Below are positions 13,888 to 26,962 of a stretch of DNA of 64,000 nucleotides, one piece after another (the first letter of the stretch is position 1; every line of letters begins with the position of its first letter). Source of the DNA: Octopus bimaculoides. Taxonomy: Eukaryota. A program made the translations under genes and the position numbers. Below the pieces are notes generated by a model. The model had not been told where the DNA came from and did no database searches. It was given only the letters and a program-made list of their open reading frames with translations. The DNA lies in the NCBI RefSeq assembly GCF_001194135.2, contig NC_068995.1, positions 39,361,098-39,425,097 of the forward strand. The letters are read 5' to 3'.

Positions 13888-14205
13888 GACGCCCTTCGGC
13901 TACGAATGTCCAGAGGATTGCACCTAGAAAGTTCCCCTCCAATGCACAAGTGCGAGCAAGGTTGTTTGTGGAAGATAAGCAGTCGCCCAAGCATAGCGGT
14001 CTCTCGTCTCCACTTCACTGATGCAATCCAAGAAAAAAAAATCAAAAGTTGATACACCTTGGCAGCTCATTTCTATAGCTGTTTGAAAAGGAACGACGTG
14101 GAATAAAGTGCCTTGCTCAAGAACGCAACACTCAACTCAGTCCGGGATGGAAATCACAACCTCAAAATTATAAGACTGACGCTCTAGCCACTTAACGATG
14201 CGTTT
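13888..14205 (-). mobile_element. SINE family C copy
   Basis: Reverse complement of 17953-18272 (TTGCACCTAGAAAG..GCAAGGTTGTTT..GCCTTGCTCAAGAACGCAAC). Confidence 0.75.
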
Positions 14206-15275
14206 TCATATGTGGTAATGAATACTAAAGAATCTAACTGGTTAAAAGACGGCATTTTCGTGACTGAGATGTCTGGAATGTACCTGTTCAACAAGAGTTG
14301 ACTTGAGACTAAACAACTACACAGACACATAGAAATACAAACGTACATTTATGCACATACATACATACATACATACATAACATACGAGCAAGCGAAGAAC
14401 TACTGACAACAGTTTCGAAATCTCCAGATTCAATATCCAAACTAGAAATTCTAATTTACACCAATAATAGTTGCTACATTTGTGTTTATGAGTACATGCC
14501 AAAGTTAGAGTCTGGAAATCTAAGGTTTCCGAAAAAGAAATCAATCGACCCTACAAATACAGTCTGTAGGTGAAACATTACTATTATGCAAGACTTCTCT
14601 TAAGTTCAACAAGCGAATTTGATCTTGTTGTCTACAACTCCCGATGACGCTTATCTCCTTCCTTACAAGAAAAACTTCATATAATTAAAAGTAAAACTAC
14701 TGGGCTTGTGCTAAATTTACTAAAAAATGTCTACATGTATAGAAGTAATTAGAATATTGGTCTAACATAACTAGACTGACAAGGTCTATAGAACTGCATA
14801 AAATACATTAGAAAGTTATATCGCTTTTAATGGTTTACGATTAATTAAATTTGTAAATAAAGGCAAAGTAAAACTTTGAATCGATATTAGTTTATAATCA
14901 TATGTATTCCAATACGTGTTCCCCGTTTGTTGTTATTGGAAAATATAAATATATTAAAATGAAGCATAAGTTGGAATCAAATGTTGTTACACAAGACAGC
15001 GTTAATAAAATAGAAACCCCTACAATGACGTGAAGTAAATATCAAATTATTGCTCGAGAAAGGTCTTGTTATGGATTTCTTTATTTTGCTTCCTTTTATA
15101 GCGATCTAACATTCTTAAGATACAGGCAATAAAATGTCAAGATAAGAAGAGGATGGAAATCAGCTGAAATTTTAAAAACCTTTATACTATACGGATGAAA
15201 TTTTGTTTTAATCTGGGTTTTAAATATGACTGATCAATGCGATTGAACGACCAACTATTAATTAGTAACATTTGT

Positions 15276-15480
15276 AAGGTGGCGAGCTAGCAAAATTGTT
15301 AGCATGCCAGACATAATACCGTTAAGTATTTTATGTTCTGTGCTCAAATTCGGTCGAGGTCAACTTTGCCTTACAACCCTTCAGTTTCAATAAAATAAGT
15401 ACCAGTTAAACTGTAGGGTCCATGTAACCAACTAGTCCCCTCGCCCAAAATTTCAGGTTTTATGCCAAGGGTAGAAAGAA
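15276..15480 (+). mobile_element. SINE family B copy
   Basis: AAGGTGGCGAGCTAGC..TAAGTACCAG..TGCCAAGGGTAGAAAG. Confidence 0.75.
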
Positions 15481-15496
15481 GTGATTAGTATCATCA

Positions 15497-16267
15497 GCAA
15501 ATAGAAACTACAGTATAGAATAGCGCTCGACCTGCTGTCATTTTCAGCTAGATCCCGTTCGAATCAGAAATAACTGACTTAAATGGGGAAAGATATTTGA
15601 TGATGTACTCCTAAATGATACTAAGTAAATTCAGACTAACATACAGAGAAAACAAAAAAAAAACTGCAACAATTTATAGCATGCTTGATTTAAAACAAAT
15701 GTTCAGTCCGTAAATATTTAGAAATTAATGAAATAAGAAAATAACAATCTTTTCTGAACGATAAAGTATTATGAACACATCTCAATAATACTTAAAACAG
15801 GACTAAAACTTCAGATTTTAAGTTTCAATATTCTACGTGTGTCAATAGAATTCTCCCATTGTTAAAATGAACACAACTAGAAGTTAAGTGATCTATTAAT
15901 AGCTTCAGTGGATTATCAAAGTAAAGGAAACAATCAGTATATGCCCTCAGCAATCAGACATTGAGTGATTCAGCAATTAGAAATTATAATTAACTACTTG
16001 TTTTCTGATGACGAAAATATTGAATAAGCTTTGGAAGCAAGTTAATACAAAATAACAAAAAACTATGATCAAAATACATTCGATTATAGAAATTCTAAAT
16101 TACGGATAGAAATGATAAGAAACCGGAATCTATAGAGATATAAGTCGGCAAATGGAAACTGCAGTATAGAATTGTGCTCGACCCGCTGTGATTTTCAGTT
16201 AGATCCCGTTCGAATCGCAGATAACTGACTTAAATGGGGAAAGATATTTGATGATGTACTCCTAAAT
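15497..16267 (+). repeat. 120-bp direct repeat pair (15497-15616, 16148-16267)
   Basis: 10 mismatches in 120 nt by manual alignment; the last ~47 nt are identical. Confidence 0.9.
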
Positions 16268-17952
16268 ACATGGTTTCTATCTGAAAACAAAAAGTCAACA
16301 TGGCCAATGGGCAAAAGCCAGAAACAATTAAAACGCTAAATATTTCATTTCCATTTAATTGCTCCAAAGCTTGAGCGACCAAAATTGTAGAGAACTGAAT
16401 AAATTAGTTGCAGTTTTAATTGCATCCTTTGACAGTCTAAGTTCAAATCCTGTCCAAATGGACTTTCCTACACTCTTTCGTTTATCCCTTCGTTATTTAC
16501 ATACAGCATTAATTCAATAAAATAGCACCCGTTCCTGTTAATTTGCCCAAAAGTTTTAAATTAACATTCTCTTAAGTTACAGCTAATAATGATTACGCTG
16601 TTAATTTCTACGACTAATGTTTAAAAGTTCATGTTAAGACTATTCAATTCATACGTGTGTGCCAGTATTCAAACAGTGTACCCTCATCAAATAGCCTATT
16701 GAACGCTTAAGAAGCGCAGTTTGTTGCTACAACAATATTCAGTCACCAGGTTCTGACACTAATGTAAAACAAATCACTCCCATCTACTCACAGACTCATA
16801 TCTACCATAACCTAGAATACTTACGAAATATATCTTAAATATATCTCCGACTCTGCCATTGCAGACGCTATAACATACATGCATTCAGAAATAGGTGCAA
16901 TAATAACAGCCTCACCAGCCTGGAATAGTATGTTGTGTTGCACACCAGCAGCAATAAGTGCAAACAAACAGTAATCTGCCACTGATTTTCTTTGAAAGCT
17001 GTAACCACCATCAGGTGAGGGGTACCTGAAGTTTATTGTTTTGTAAGTGCTATTTTAAGTGGTGGAGTTTAGTAAGAAGCTTTTCTACGTCATTTATATA
17101 GTAGAAGTGTAGTAGTTGTTCAGCAATATTGGTAGAATAGTTAAAAATATAAGTATAATGCCATATGTATATAATGATTACATATGCATAATGCAGATGC
17201 ATATAATTCTCACATTTTTATTGATGCAAAATTAGCCGAGGTATAATGTGATATACGTAACTAAATAATTCAAACATTTCATCCAACTTCCTAATCTCTG
17301 CTATTTCTTTTACTGATACAAAACACGGGAAATATATATTGACTAGTCGCAAGTATATGTCTGGTTGCCTTTTGTAAAGTGCGCAAATTTGAGCTAAGTA
17401 GAATCTGAAAACAGAGCGTTGTCTGAGGAGTAGTACAGAATTTGGTACAACCTTCCTAACGTGTCTTCCATGACTTCTAATTCACTATCGACAGGGAATT
17501 ATATAAATATAAACCATGACAAACCAAATGAACTAGAACTTTTGAGGACACATAAATAGTGTTACGTAGGTAGACACAGACCAACCACAAACATTCAAAC
17601 AAATAAAAGTAGAAGCTTGTCCAGTAAATATCTGAATAGGTATATACTTGTGGAATGTAGTCTAATAGACCCAACTCGACAAATACTACAGAGAAGAAAA
17701 AATAACAGGAAATGATCGCAAATAAATTATTCATATAGGATAGAATCATCGATACATCGAATTGATTGCAAACACATTATAGCGTAATGGATTTATACTC
17801 ATTCATAAATGAAAAAAATATATTTAAATGCATATAGTCACAAATACACACACAAATGTATGTACATGTGTGTGTGTGTGTGAGTGCGTGTGTAAGATAA
17901 AACAAATATGTAGGGACAGTGCATATATATGTTAATGTATTTTCTGTATGTG

Positions 17953-18272
17953 AAGTCGCATGGTTCTGTGGTTAGAGCGTCGAGCTTACGATCGTGAAGT
18001 TGTGAGTTCGAATCCCGGTCCGGGCTGCGTATTGTGTTCTTGAGCAAGACACTTTATTTCACGTTGCTGTAGAAATGAGTTGCGACGTCACAGGTGCCAA
18101 GATGTATCGGCCCCTTTGCCTTTCCCTTGGATAACACTGGTGGCGTGGAGAGGGGATGCCGTTATGCATGGGTGACTGCTGGTCTTCCATAAACAACCTT
18201 GCCCGGACTTGTGCCTGGGAGGGTCACTTTCTAGGTGCAAACCCATGGTCATTCATGATCGAAGGGAGTCTC
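17953..18272 (+). mobile_element. SINE family C (tRNA-derived)
   Basis: TGGTTCTGTGG A-box-like, GAGTTCGAATCCC B-box, TGTTCTTGAGCAAGACACTT body. An inverted copy lies at ~13888-14205 and a different-tailed copy at ~5365-5625. Confidence 0.8.
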
Positions 18273-18533
18273 AGCATTTTCTGTATTTATTTGAATGAGC
18301 ATGTAGCTTGATTATATTTTCTAGATTTCACTGAATTTTTTATGTATTATTATTGCTGGATTTCTTTTTGTATTCTTTGTGTTTTATTGTTGATCGCTTT
18401 ATACAAAAGAAATATTTTAGTTAATTGAAAATAATTTCGTGCTACTCACGCAAACACACACACACACATGCAACACAATTTCTTTCTCTCTCACACACAC
18501 GCACATTCTCTCCCTCTCTCTGTCTCTCTCTCA

Positions 18534-18573
<40 letters not shown>

Positions 18574-18900
18574 TATGTCTATAGTTAAGAAAAAGATGAA
18601 AACAACTACGCTCTGCCAAAATCTAGTAACAGTCATCCACCCACCCCCCACATTTTCTGGGTATGTATGTGCCACAGATGCGATAACGTCGGAAGAGACG
18701 AGATCAGGATTCTGCTTTGTGCGCTAACTCATCGAAAGGGAAGATTATCATCAATGAGTGACTAGTAAGATACGCACGAATTTACATCTACATTTCTCTG
18801 TGAATACGTGTAAATATTATACTCAGGTACCATTTAGACAATTTATTTTGCGAAAAGCAATTAAAGATATATTTAAAAAGTGGTAAAACAATATACAAAC

Positions 18901-19033
18901 CTCCGCAGTTAAATATTTTCCTTACATTTGTGGTTGATAAGTAGCCATTTCGCCTCAAAAAATCGGCCAACTGACCACCAAATGGTACAATAATAGCCAT
19001 AACAAGATGAGGAAGAGCAGATATGATGCCACT
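18901..19033 (-). CDS. VGLUT: VGLUT internal coding exon: [44 protein letters not shown](G)
   Basis: Within ORF 18788-19060; acceptor ttctttcAG at 19035-19034, donor GTTTGT at 18900; 133 nt, phase 0 to 1; [20 protein letters not shown] motif. Confidence 0.97.
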
Positions 19034-19466
19034 CTGAAAGAAGAAAAAGTATAAAAACAATAAGTTTCAAAGCTGAAAATATTAGTTGACAACAATAATT
19101 TCCTTTACTTCAATAGTTTTGTATGTATTGTGTATTTTCTGTTTTGTGTACATTTTGTAGCGATTTTTCTTGCTTTTGTTTTTGTTGAATCATTGAAAGT
19201 GCTCTACGTTGGATGAGTACAGTGTATTGTAGTGTTATTTTTGTATGCTATGTACATGTGTGTGTGTGTTCATGTGTTGTTCTATGGGGTTCTAGTTAAA
19301 TATTGGTTTCATTTTTTTTTGTGAAGTCTCTATTACATGTCCCAAATAATGGAAACTGTGTAACAATATGCTGTGTACTTGCCTAAGTTCATTTCATTCT
19401 TCATAAAGGCAACGTAATTTTTAGAGTATGCACCAACTATTTATATTTATTATTGTCATTATATTT

Positions 19467-19675
19467 AAGACAGCAAGCGAGCAGAATCGTTAGAGCATCG
19501 GAGAAAATACTTTAACGCCATTTCTTCCAGTTCTTTGTTTTGAGCTCAATTTTTCTTTTCGTCATTTCGGGGTCGATAAAATAAGTACCAGTCAAAAAAA
19601 AAAAAAAATATCGATGTAAGCGACTTAACCATTTCCAAAAGATTTTCTGTCATTGTACCAAAATGTGAAAGAATT
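19467..19675 (+). mobile_element. SINE family B copy
   Basis: GCAGAATCGTTAG..TTTCGGGGTCGATAAAATAAGTACCAG. Confidence 0.7.
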
Positions 19676-20184
19676 TTTATCATTCTATTTGGTGCTTGTC
19701 GCTTCAGAAATACGTGAGAAGCTTTCTTTGCAACCAATCCTCAAAAATAAAACAGATGTTTATAGGGAACAAATACTGTCGGTGTAATCCCTAAAATATT
19801 TACAGAGCTAAGACACAATTTTTATCTTTAAACATTAATATTTTTCCACAAATAATTTTGAGCTATGGTCGGTTTACTTTTTTTCTTGTATAATATTGGC
19901 CATGGAGTGATTTTTCAATGCTGTTCTTATAAATATTTTTGAACATATATATTTCTTATAGATATTTTGGTTTTATCTTTTAATTTCTTTCGATAAATTT
20001 CTAGTTGATTTGCCCCTAGATAAATTTTATCATCTGGGATAGTAAGTTTGCTGTTTCTTCATTGAGAAAAGTTTTTTTTTTCTTTAAACACTGTTTCATT
20101 AAGACAATAGTCAGTTTCCCTTTGGTTACTTCAATAGATTTTTATAATCCTACTTTTAATATTCTAAAGTTCATTCTTTTATTC

Positions 20185-20400
20185 TTTTACTTGTTTCAGT
20201 CATTTGACTGCGGCCATACCGGAGCACCAACTCTAGGGGCTTTTCAGTTAAAGAAATCGACCTCAGAACTTATTCTTTGTAAGCCTAGTGCTTATTTTAT
20301 CGGTTTAATTCGACGAGCCGCTAGGATTGGGGGCGTAAGCAGATCAACATCGGTTATCAAGCGATGGGGAGGGGCAAACGCAGACACAAAGACACACACA
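20185..20400 (-). mobile_element. SINE family A 3' half
   Basis: TTACTTGTTTCAGTCATTTGACTGCGGCC..ACACAAAGACAC. Confidence 0.8.
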
Positions 20401-20763
20401 AAAATATGTATGAACTTTTCTAGTCTATTTATGTGTATTGTATCGCAGTACTTTAGGGATATTCTCTCATATTTCTCCGATTTTCTTCTTTTAAAGTTAA
20501 CGTTAATTTGTGATATTTAATGATGATAGTTTAAATTCTTAACTGAAATCCAAAAGTAAGATTTAAGATATATATATATATATATATATAAAATACAAAA
20601 ATGGGACAAGAACACAAAACATCCAGACAGTTAGGTGATACAAAAAAGGGACGACAAAACATCCAGACAGACAATACAAGGAAAACAAAGATGGGTCATT
20701 CAGAGTTTTCTATCCTCAGTCAAGTTCCAGAGAGAGAGAGAGAGAGTAAGATTTCAGATATAC

Positions 20764-20802
<39 letters not shown>

Positions 20803-20941
20803 CTTATATGTATATATATATATATAGGTAGACTCATATGTATTGCAGTGAACTCTTGCGACTATGATGGCTCTTAATACATTTAAATCTTTATGGTTAC
20901 ATAAGAAATCATTAATTTTAATGCTACACAATTGATAGAAT

Positions 20942-21039
20942 AACTCCCTCGTAAATTATATAGATGATATTTCGTCATTTGCACGTTGAAAACTCCCTCG
21001 TAAATGATATAGATGATATTTCGTCATTTGCACGGTGAA
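20942..21039 (+). repeat. 49-bp tandem duplication
   Basis: Two units differing at 2 positions. Confidence 0.95.
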
Positions 21040-21207
21040 CAATGAAAATGGAAATGATGACATGAATATTTATTCTTCATAAGTTCAAACAGGAATATGC
21101 TAATTGCTGTTTGGGACTGCGCATGGGACTCGTATCAGCACGCAGTTTGTTCGCTGGAATAATAAGCAAGAGCATGGAATGAAGTTAAATTCATTCGTCT
21201 CGGCTGC

Positions 21208-21255
21208 CTCTGGCTGACGACATACAGTGATGTGGAAATACCGGCAGTCCCACAG
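21208..21255 (+). ncRNA. Candidate type I hammerhead ribozyme motif (antisense to VGLUT)
   Basis: CUCUGG-CUGACGA-CAUA(cagtga)UGUG-GAAAU-accggca-GUC-CCACAG: intact core, 4-bp stem II, 5 of 6 pairs in stem I, weak stem III. Confidence 0.4.
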
Positions 21256-21975
21256 TCTCTTGTGCTAATGAATTGAGTGCGTTAACGAACAAGCATTTGT
21301 CGTAAAAGAGATGGTCTCTGCTGACGAAACACAACAGCTATTAGCATGTTCACCTCTGAATCTGCCGGGGCGTATTAAAAATAAATATGTAAATAATTGT
21401 AACGAGGTTGCTTTAATCTATTACGCACCAAAATTTCCTTTCTAATGTTTTTGCCCTGCTGTATTGATATTGATTTGAAATTTTGGCAGGAGACGGCATT
21501 TTAACCCAAAATGTAAAGATGGTCGAAATGCCGCGAAGCATCTTCCCCAGCGTGCTACCGAATCTGCCAGCCGGAATCTACTGAATCTACCATACAGCCC
21601 AGTGGACTGAATTTCTCCGGGATTTTAGAATACTGTTCACACGGCCTTGGTTGAGGGCTTAGAAAAGCAAGCGACTGAATTCCCCAAACAATCCTGTCAT
21701 ATGTTGGGGTCCAAATATTTTCGAACTCAATTTAACACTTTAATCAATGCCTAGAAACTATTTGACATTAACCCCGCTTTAACAAGGATAACACTCTGGG
21801 TTAGCGGAGTAATGAGCCCACATACTGTTATAATATAACAATATAGCGCTTTATGTCGTTGAATTTATGCAATTTTCTTGGCCACTGAAACAAATAAGCT
21901 TCTTGATCTAAGGGTGTCTTATTCCCCAAAAGTAGATATCGGATTTGTTTAGCGGTCAAATAACTTAAATACGTT

Positions 21976-22081
21976 AGCAGCAGCAGCAGCAGTGGCAGTA
22001 GTGTTAGTAGTAGTAGTAGTAGTAGTAGTAGTAATGGTGGTGGTGGAGATGGCGGTGGTCGTGATAACAACATCAGCGTCG

Positions 22082-22124
<43 letters not shown>

Positions 22125-22144
22125 TAGTAGGAGTAGTAGTAGTG
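21976..22144. repeat. Compound (CAG)n/(TAG)n trinucleotide repeat
   Basis: Directly visible; related (CTA)n at ~23440-23582 and (TAG)n at ~55990-56037. Confidence 0.9.
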
Positions 22145-22774
22145 ACGCAACTAGCAATGTCTAAAATGAGGATGGACATCTTAAAGTTTCTAATATTTGA
22201 ATGACCTTCAACTAAGATACAAATGAGTCTATATATGTCTGTGTGCGCGTGTGTGTGCGCGCGCTTGTGTGTATCTGTTTGTACGTGCACATATATGTGT
22301 ATGTCTGTGTGTATGCATGTATGTGTGTGTGTGTGTGTGTGTGTGTCTGTGTGTGTGTGCGTAGGTCTGTGTATGTGGCGTTAAGGCAGTAATAATCAAT
22401 AATGGCTAACTATTTCAATCAGTAAGGTGAAAAATATAGTGTAGTTTGTTTATGTTCTCTTATCACTTTGTATTTTCCTATCATGAAGCAGCTCTAAGTT
22501 TTTTCAGCTCCTACTACTAAATGCTTTAGCATCACATACTATTATTGGCCAATGCGCAAACGTCACCCTTAACCACGTAGATAAATGCACACTCGCTCAC
22601 ATATATATAATTTAGACATATATGTATATATACATGTGTGCAGGTGGGGGTCTATGTATTCTGTATGCATGTGACTTTCTGCTGAATTTGGTCTTCCACT
22701 ATCACGTGACAGTCGGTCCTCGTCGCCTTAAAATATCAAATAATACTCCTTTGTACTATAGGTCTGAAGATTTG

Positions 22775-23137
22775 GGGGAGGGTCGAGTCGATTATATCGA
22801 CAACCCCCACAAGGATGAAAAAATCGACATCGACGGAATTTGAACTCCTAACATACAGACCGTAGGCATTTTGCTGCTAAGCATTTTTTTACTGGCAGGT
22901 TAAATGTTCTTCCAGATCTTCGCCTTAAAATACCAAACTATAATAGATTTAAATTTTGGCACATGGTTTGCAATTTAGGAGGGAGTACGTCGATTACATT
23001 GACTCCAGTTCTTGGCTCCGAAAGGATGAAAGACAAAGCCAAATTCGGCAGGATTTGAAACTCAGAACCTAAAGACGAACGAAATACTGCTATGCATTTT
23101 GCCCCACGCGCTAACAGTTCCAACAGCTCGCCACCTT
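22775..23137 (-). mobile_element. Two tandem SINE family B copies
   Basis: ~22775-22928 and ~22955-23137, both matching the family body. Confidence 0.7.
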
Positions 23138-23192
23138 AATATATCAAGTAATAAACGCTTCTTGAAATATATATGCATGAGAAAATGAATAA

Positions 23193-23232
<40 letters not shown>

Positions 23233-24788
23233 AATTCTCAGGTTGGATGGTCATGACTTGAAAGATTATGATCCTTTATAGGTCTGCAGGATAACGACTG
23301 ACTGGTTCGATAAGACACCGCCACCACTACTACAAACAACAGTAACAGCATTATCATCTTCATATAGCAACAAGTGTGTCGATAACAATAGAGAATTGTA
23401 CGGCAGCCATTGTAACACCCACTACTGACTAAAACTACTACTATTATATCCACTACCACCACCACCTCCACTACTACTACTACTACTACTACTACAACTA
23501 CTACTACTACTACTACTACTATGTCTCTACTGTTGCACTTGCTGTTCAAGCGTATTACTACTACCTCCTCTGCTACTATAGTATATGTTTCATATGTGTG
23601 CGTGTGTACAATCATATATACCTGTATACAAATAAATATACATCTGTATGTGTGCGTATGCATATATATATATATATATATATTCATCTATCTCTCTATC
23701 TATTTATTCATATGTATGTGTGTCTGCATTTATGCATGTGTATATGCGTGTGTCTGTGNNNNNNNNNNNNNNNNNNNNNNNNNNNNNNNNNNNNNNNNNN
23801 NNNNNNNNNNNNNNNNNNNNNNNNNNNNNNNNNNNNNNNNNNNNNNNNNNNNNNNNNNNNNNNNNNNNNNNNNNNNNNNNNNNNNNNNNNNNNNNNNNNN
23901 NNNNNNNNNNNNNNNNNNNNNNNNNNNNNNNNNNNNNNNNNNNNNNNNNNNNNNNNNNNNNNNNNNNNNNNNNNNNNNNNNNNNNNNNNNNNNNNNNNNN
24001 NNNNNNNNNNNNNNNTATATTTATATATATATATATATATATATAGATAGATAGATAGATATGTATAAATAAATTATTAAATATATGAAATTGTGTCTGT
24101 ATGCATTAGTATTCCATTCTTCAAACTACTGCTGAAACCCATCTGCCCCTCCTTCACTGCAGCTCCTGCCACTGTTTTTGCTTCGACTGTTTGCAACCGT
24201 CACTGTTACATTTCCCTTCTTTTCTTTTCATCCCCTGCACTTCCTCTTTTCCTCCGCTTCCTCCTCTAACTTGTTGTTACTGCAACTCATACCACTACTG
24301 CTACTTTATAGTCTTCCTACTTCACTCCCAACTTGTACTGTCACTTGTTGTGAAACGATGTTTTCATTATTAAAAGTACCACGGCCCAGCTCTATCGAAC
24401 TTTAAGCGTGACTAAGTTTCTAAATGCAACATTGAAACACACACACACAAGAATAAATACACATACACACGCGAATAAACACACATACACACACACACAC
24501 AAGAATAAATACACGCACACACGAATAAATACACACTCACGCACAGACATACACACAGACACACACACACACACACACACACACGCACGCATGAATATAA
24601 CGGTATCATGCTGGGGCCCAGCATTGAAAATATATACTTTGAATATAACAAGGATTGACTGGGTGTTTTTCAAATGCGAATCGAATGCTCTATCAGTGAG
24701 TTGGAACATACACACACACACACATACACACACAAACACACACACACATACACACACACACACACACGCACACATATATATACATTTA

Positions 24789-25046
24789 CAGTAATCTCTC
24801 GCAATATCGCGGTTCACCTATCGCGGTTTACCTATCGCGGTTTACCTATCGCGGTTTACCTATCGCGGTTTATTTTTTGAACATACGTCGATTCCTCCGT
24901 GTTGTTGTTTTGCATTTATAATAAAACAAATATATGCAAATTATAAAGATAATACAAAGAATATACATTACTGTTTCTACTTCGCGGATTTTCACCTATT
25001 GCTGAGGGTTTGGAACATAACACCCGCGATAGTTGCGGGATTACTG
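24789..25046. mobile_element. Tigger/pogo-like MITE (258 bp)
   Basis: Imperfect ~24-bp TIRs beginning CAGTAATC, TA flanks at 24787-24788 and 25047-25048, internal 14-bp tandem repeat x4. Confidence 0.8.
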
Positions 25047-25370
25047 TATTTATTTATTTATTTATGTGTTTCAGCCAAGTGGCTGCGGTCATGTTGGTGC
25101 ACCACCGTGTATATATATATAATACAAATAATATGTGAGCATATGCATATATACGTACATGAATCTACATACCTACATTTACATGTATATATAGATGCAT
25201 ATCTGGGAACAGGACGTCTCAAAAAACGTGGACAAAATGATAAACAGAGTACAGAAAACACACAGGCCACATAGAGAACATTTCCTTCATTAGCTGCCAC
25301 CATTCTAAAACTAAGCGTTTCGAAGAGTTAGGGCAGGACGCATTGTTCTCGCTCACACAGAATCTCTCTT

Positions 25371-25404
<34 letters not shown>

Positions 25405-25540
25405 GCACACACACACACACACATACACACACACACACATGCAAAGTCTCTCTGCCACTAAAACACAAAGTTTCTCTCTCTCTCTCTTACACTCATACTA
25501 ACAAACTCTCTCTCTCTCTCCATCTTTCTCTCTCCCTCCA

Positions 25541-25579
<39 letters not shown>

Positions 25580-26931
25580 CACACACGAACACACAAAACC
25601 TCTCCCTCTCTCTTTTACACACACACACGAACTCTCTCTTTCACACACACACACAAATTCTCTCTCTCTCTATCTCTTACACGCACACACTCTCTCTCGC
25701 TTTCTCTCGGCTGTCACGTGATAGAATTTGCACTGGTTTAAAGCTAAAAGGAAAGAATAAGCGAATTCATGGTCCATGCTGGCTTTCTATTCTCCTGTCA
25801 TATTTAAATTTCATATTTGTCCACGTGCAATCTAAAATTAGACCACATGATTTTTAGTTTCTAACACAAACTTTAAACGTATGCCAAGGCTATGTGTTCA
25901 TTAATCTGGAAATTAATTACAGATAAACTGTTGTAAGGTTAAATTATTTATTCTGTCTGCATTGGCATATCAATTGAATAGGTATATTGAATAATATTAA
26001 TTAAAAAATATTAACGACAAAAAAATTTGAAAGAAAAGTAAAAAATCAAAGAATGCGTGAACCAAGAATACATACATATTTGTATACATACATATATACA
26101 CACAAAGATATGTGTATGTGTGCATGTGATGTGTATGTAAAGAAAATTCAATAAGCTCGCGGCGCGAATACAAGAGAGATGTATAGCTTGGAAAATGGGT
26201 GATATGTTCCATGAAAATGCTCCAATGAGTTGAATTCGTTTTTGTCGTGGTAAATTGAAATGGAAGCCATGTTGAAAAAAATATGATGATGTATTTATCC
26301 GTGTGTATATATCCCCGTTTGTGTGTGTGTGTGTGTGTGCATGTGTGTGTGTGTGTGTATGTGCGTGTGTGTGTGTGTGTGTGTTTATATATATATATAT
26401 ATATANNNNNNNNNNNNNNNNNNNNNNNNNNNNNNNNNNNNNNNNNNNNNNNNNNNNNNNNNNNNNNNNNNNNNNNNNNNNNNNNNNNNNNNNNNNNNNN
26501 NNNNNNNNNNNNNNNNNNNNNNNNNNNNNNNNNNNNNNNNNNNNNNNNNNNNNNNNNNNNNNNNNNNNNNNNNNNNNNNNNNNNNNNNNNNNNNNNNNNN
26601 NNNNNNNNNNNNNNNNNNNNNNNNNNNNNNNNNNNNNNNNNNNNNNNNNNNNNNNNNNNNNNNNNNNNNNNNNNNNNNNNNNNNNNNNNNNNNNNNNNNN
26701 NNNNNNNNNNNNNNNNNNNNNNNNNNNNNNNNNNNNNNNNNNNNNNNNNNNNNNNNNNNNNNNNNNNNNNNNNNNNNNNNNNNNNNNNNNNNNNNNNNNN
26801 NNNNNNNNNNNNNNNNNNNNNNNNNNNNNNNNNNNNNNNNNNNNNNNNNNNNNNNNNNNNNNNNNNNNNNNNNNNNNNNNNNNNNNNNNNNNNNNNNNNN
26901 NNNNNNNNNNNNNNNNNNNNNNNNNNNNNNN

Positions 26932-26962
<31 letters not shown>

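Noticed and set aside
15497-15616. C/D box snoRNA or tRNA reading of the 120-bp repeat (TGATGA, CTGA, GTTCGAATC)
   Set aside because: Boxes are in the wrong order and on the antisense strand; no cloverleaf or A box.
17953-18025. tRNA gene
   Set aside because: tRNA-like head continues into a SINE body found elsewhere in the window; no acceptor stem.
24817-24872. CRISPR-like array (also considered for 20942 and 51847)
   Set aside because: Contiguous tandem units without unique spacers, eukaryotic context, no cas genes.
25713-25722. CLEAR-like GTCACGTGAT motif
   Set aside because: A single 10-mer in a large intron is not distinguishable from chance.
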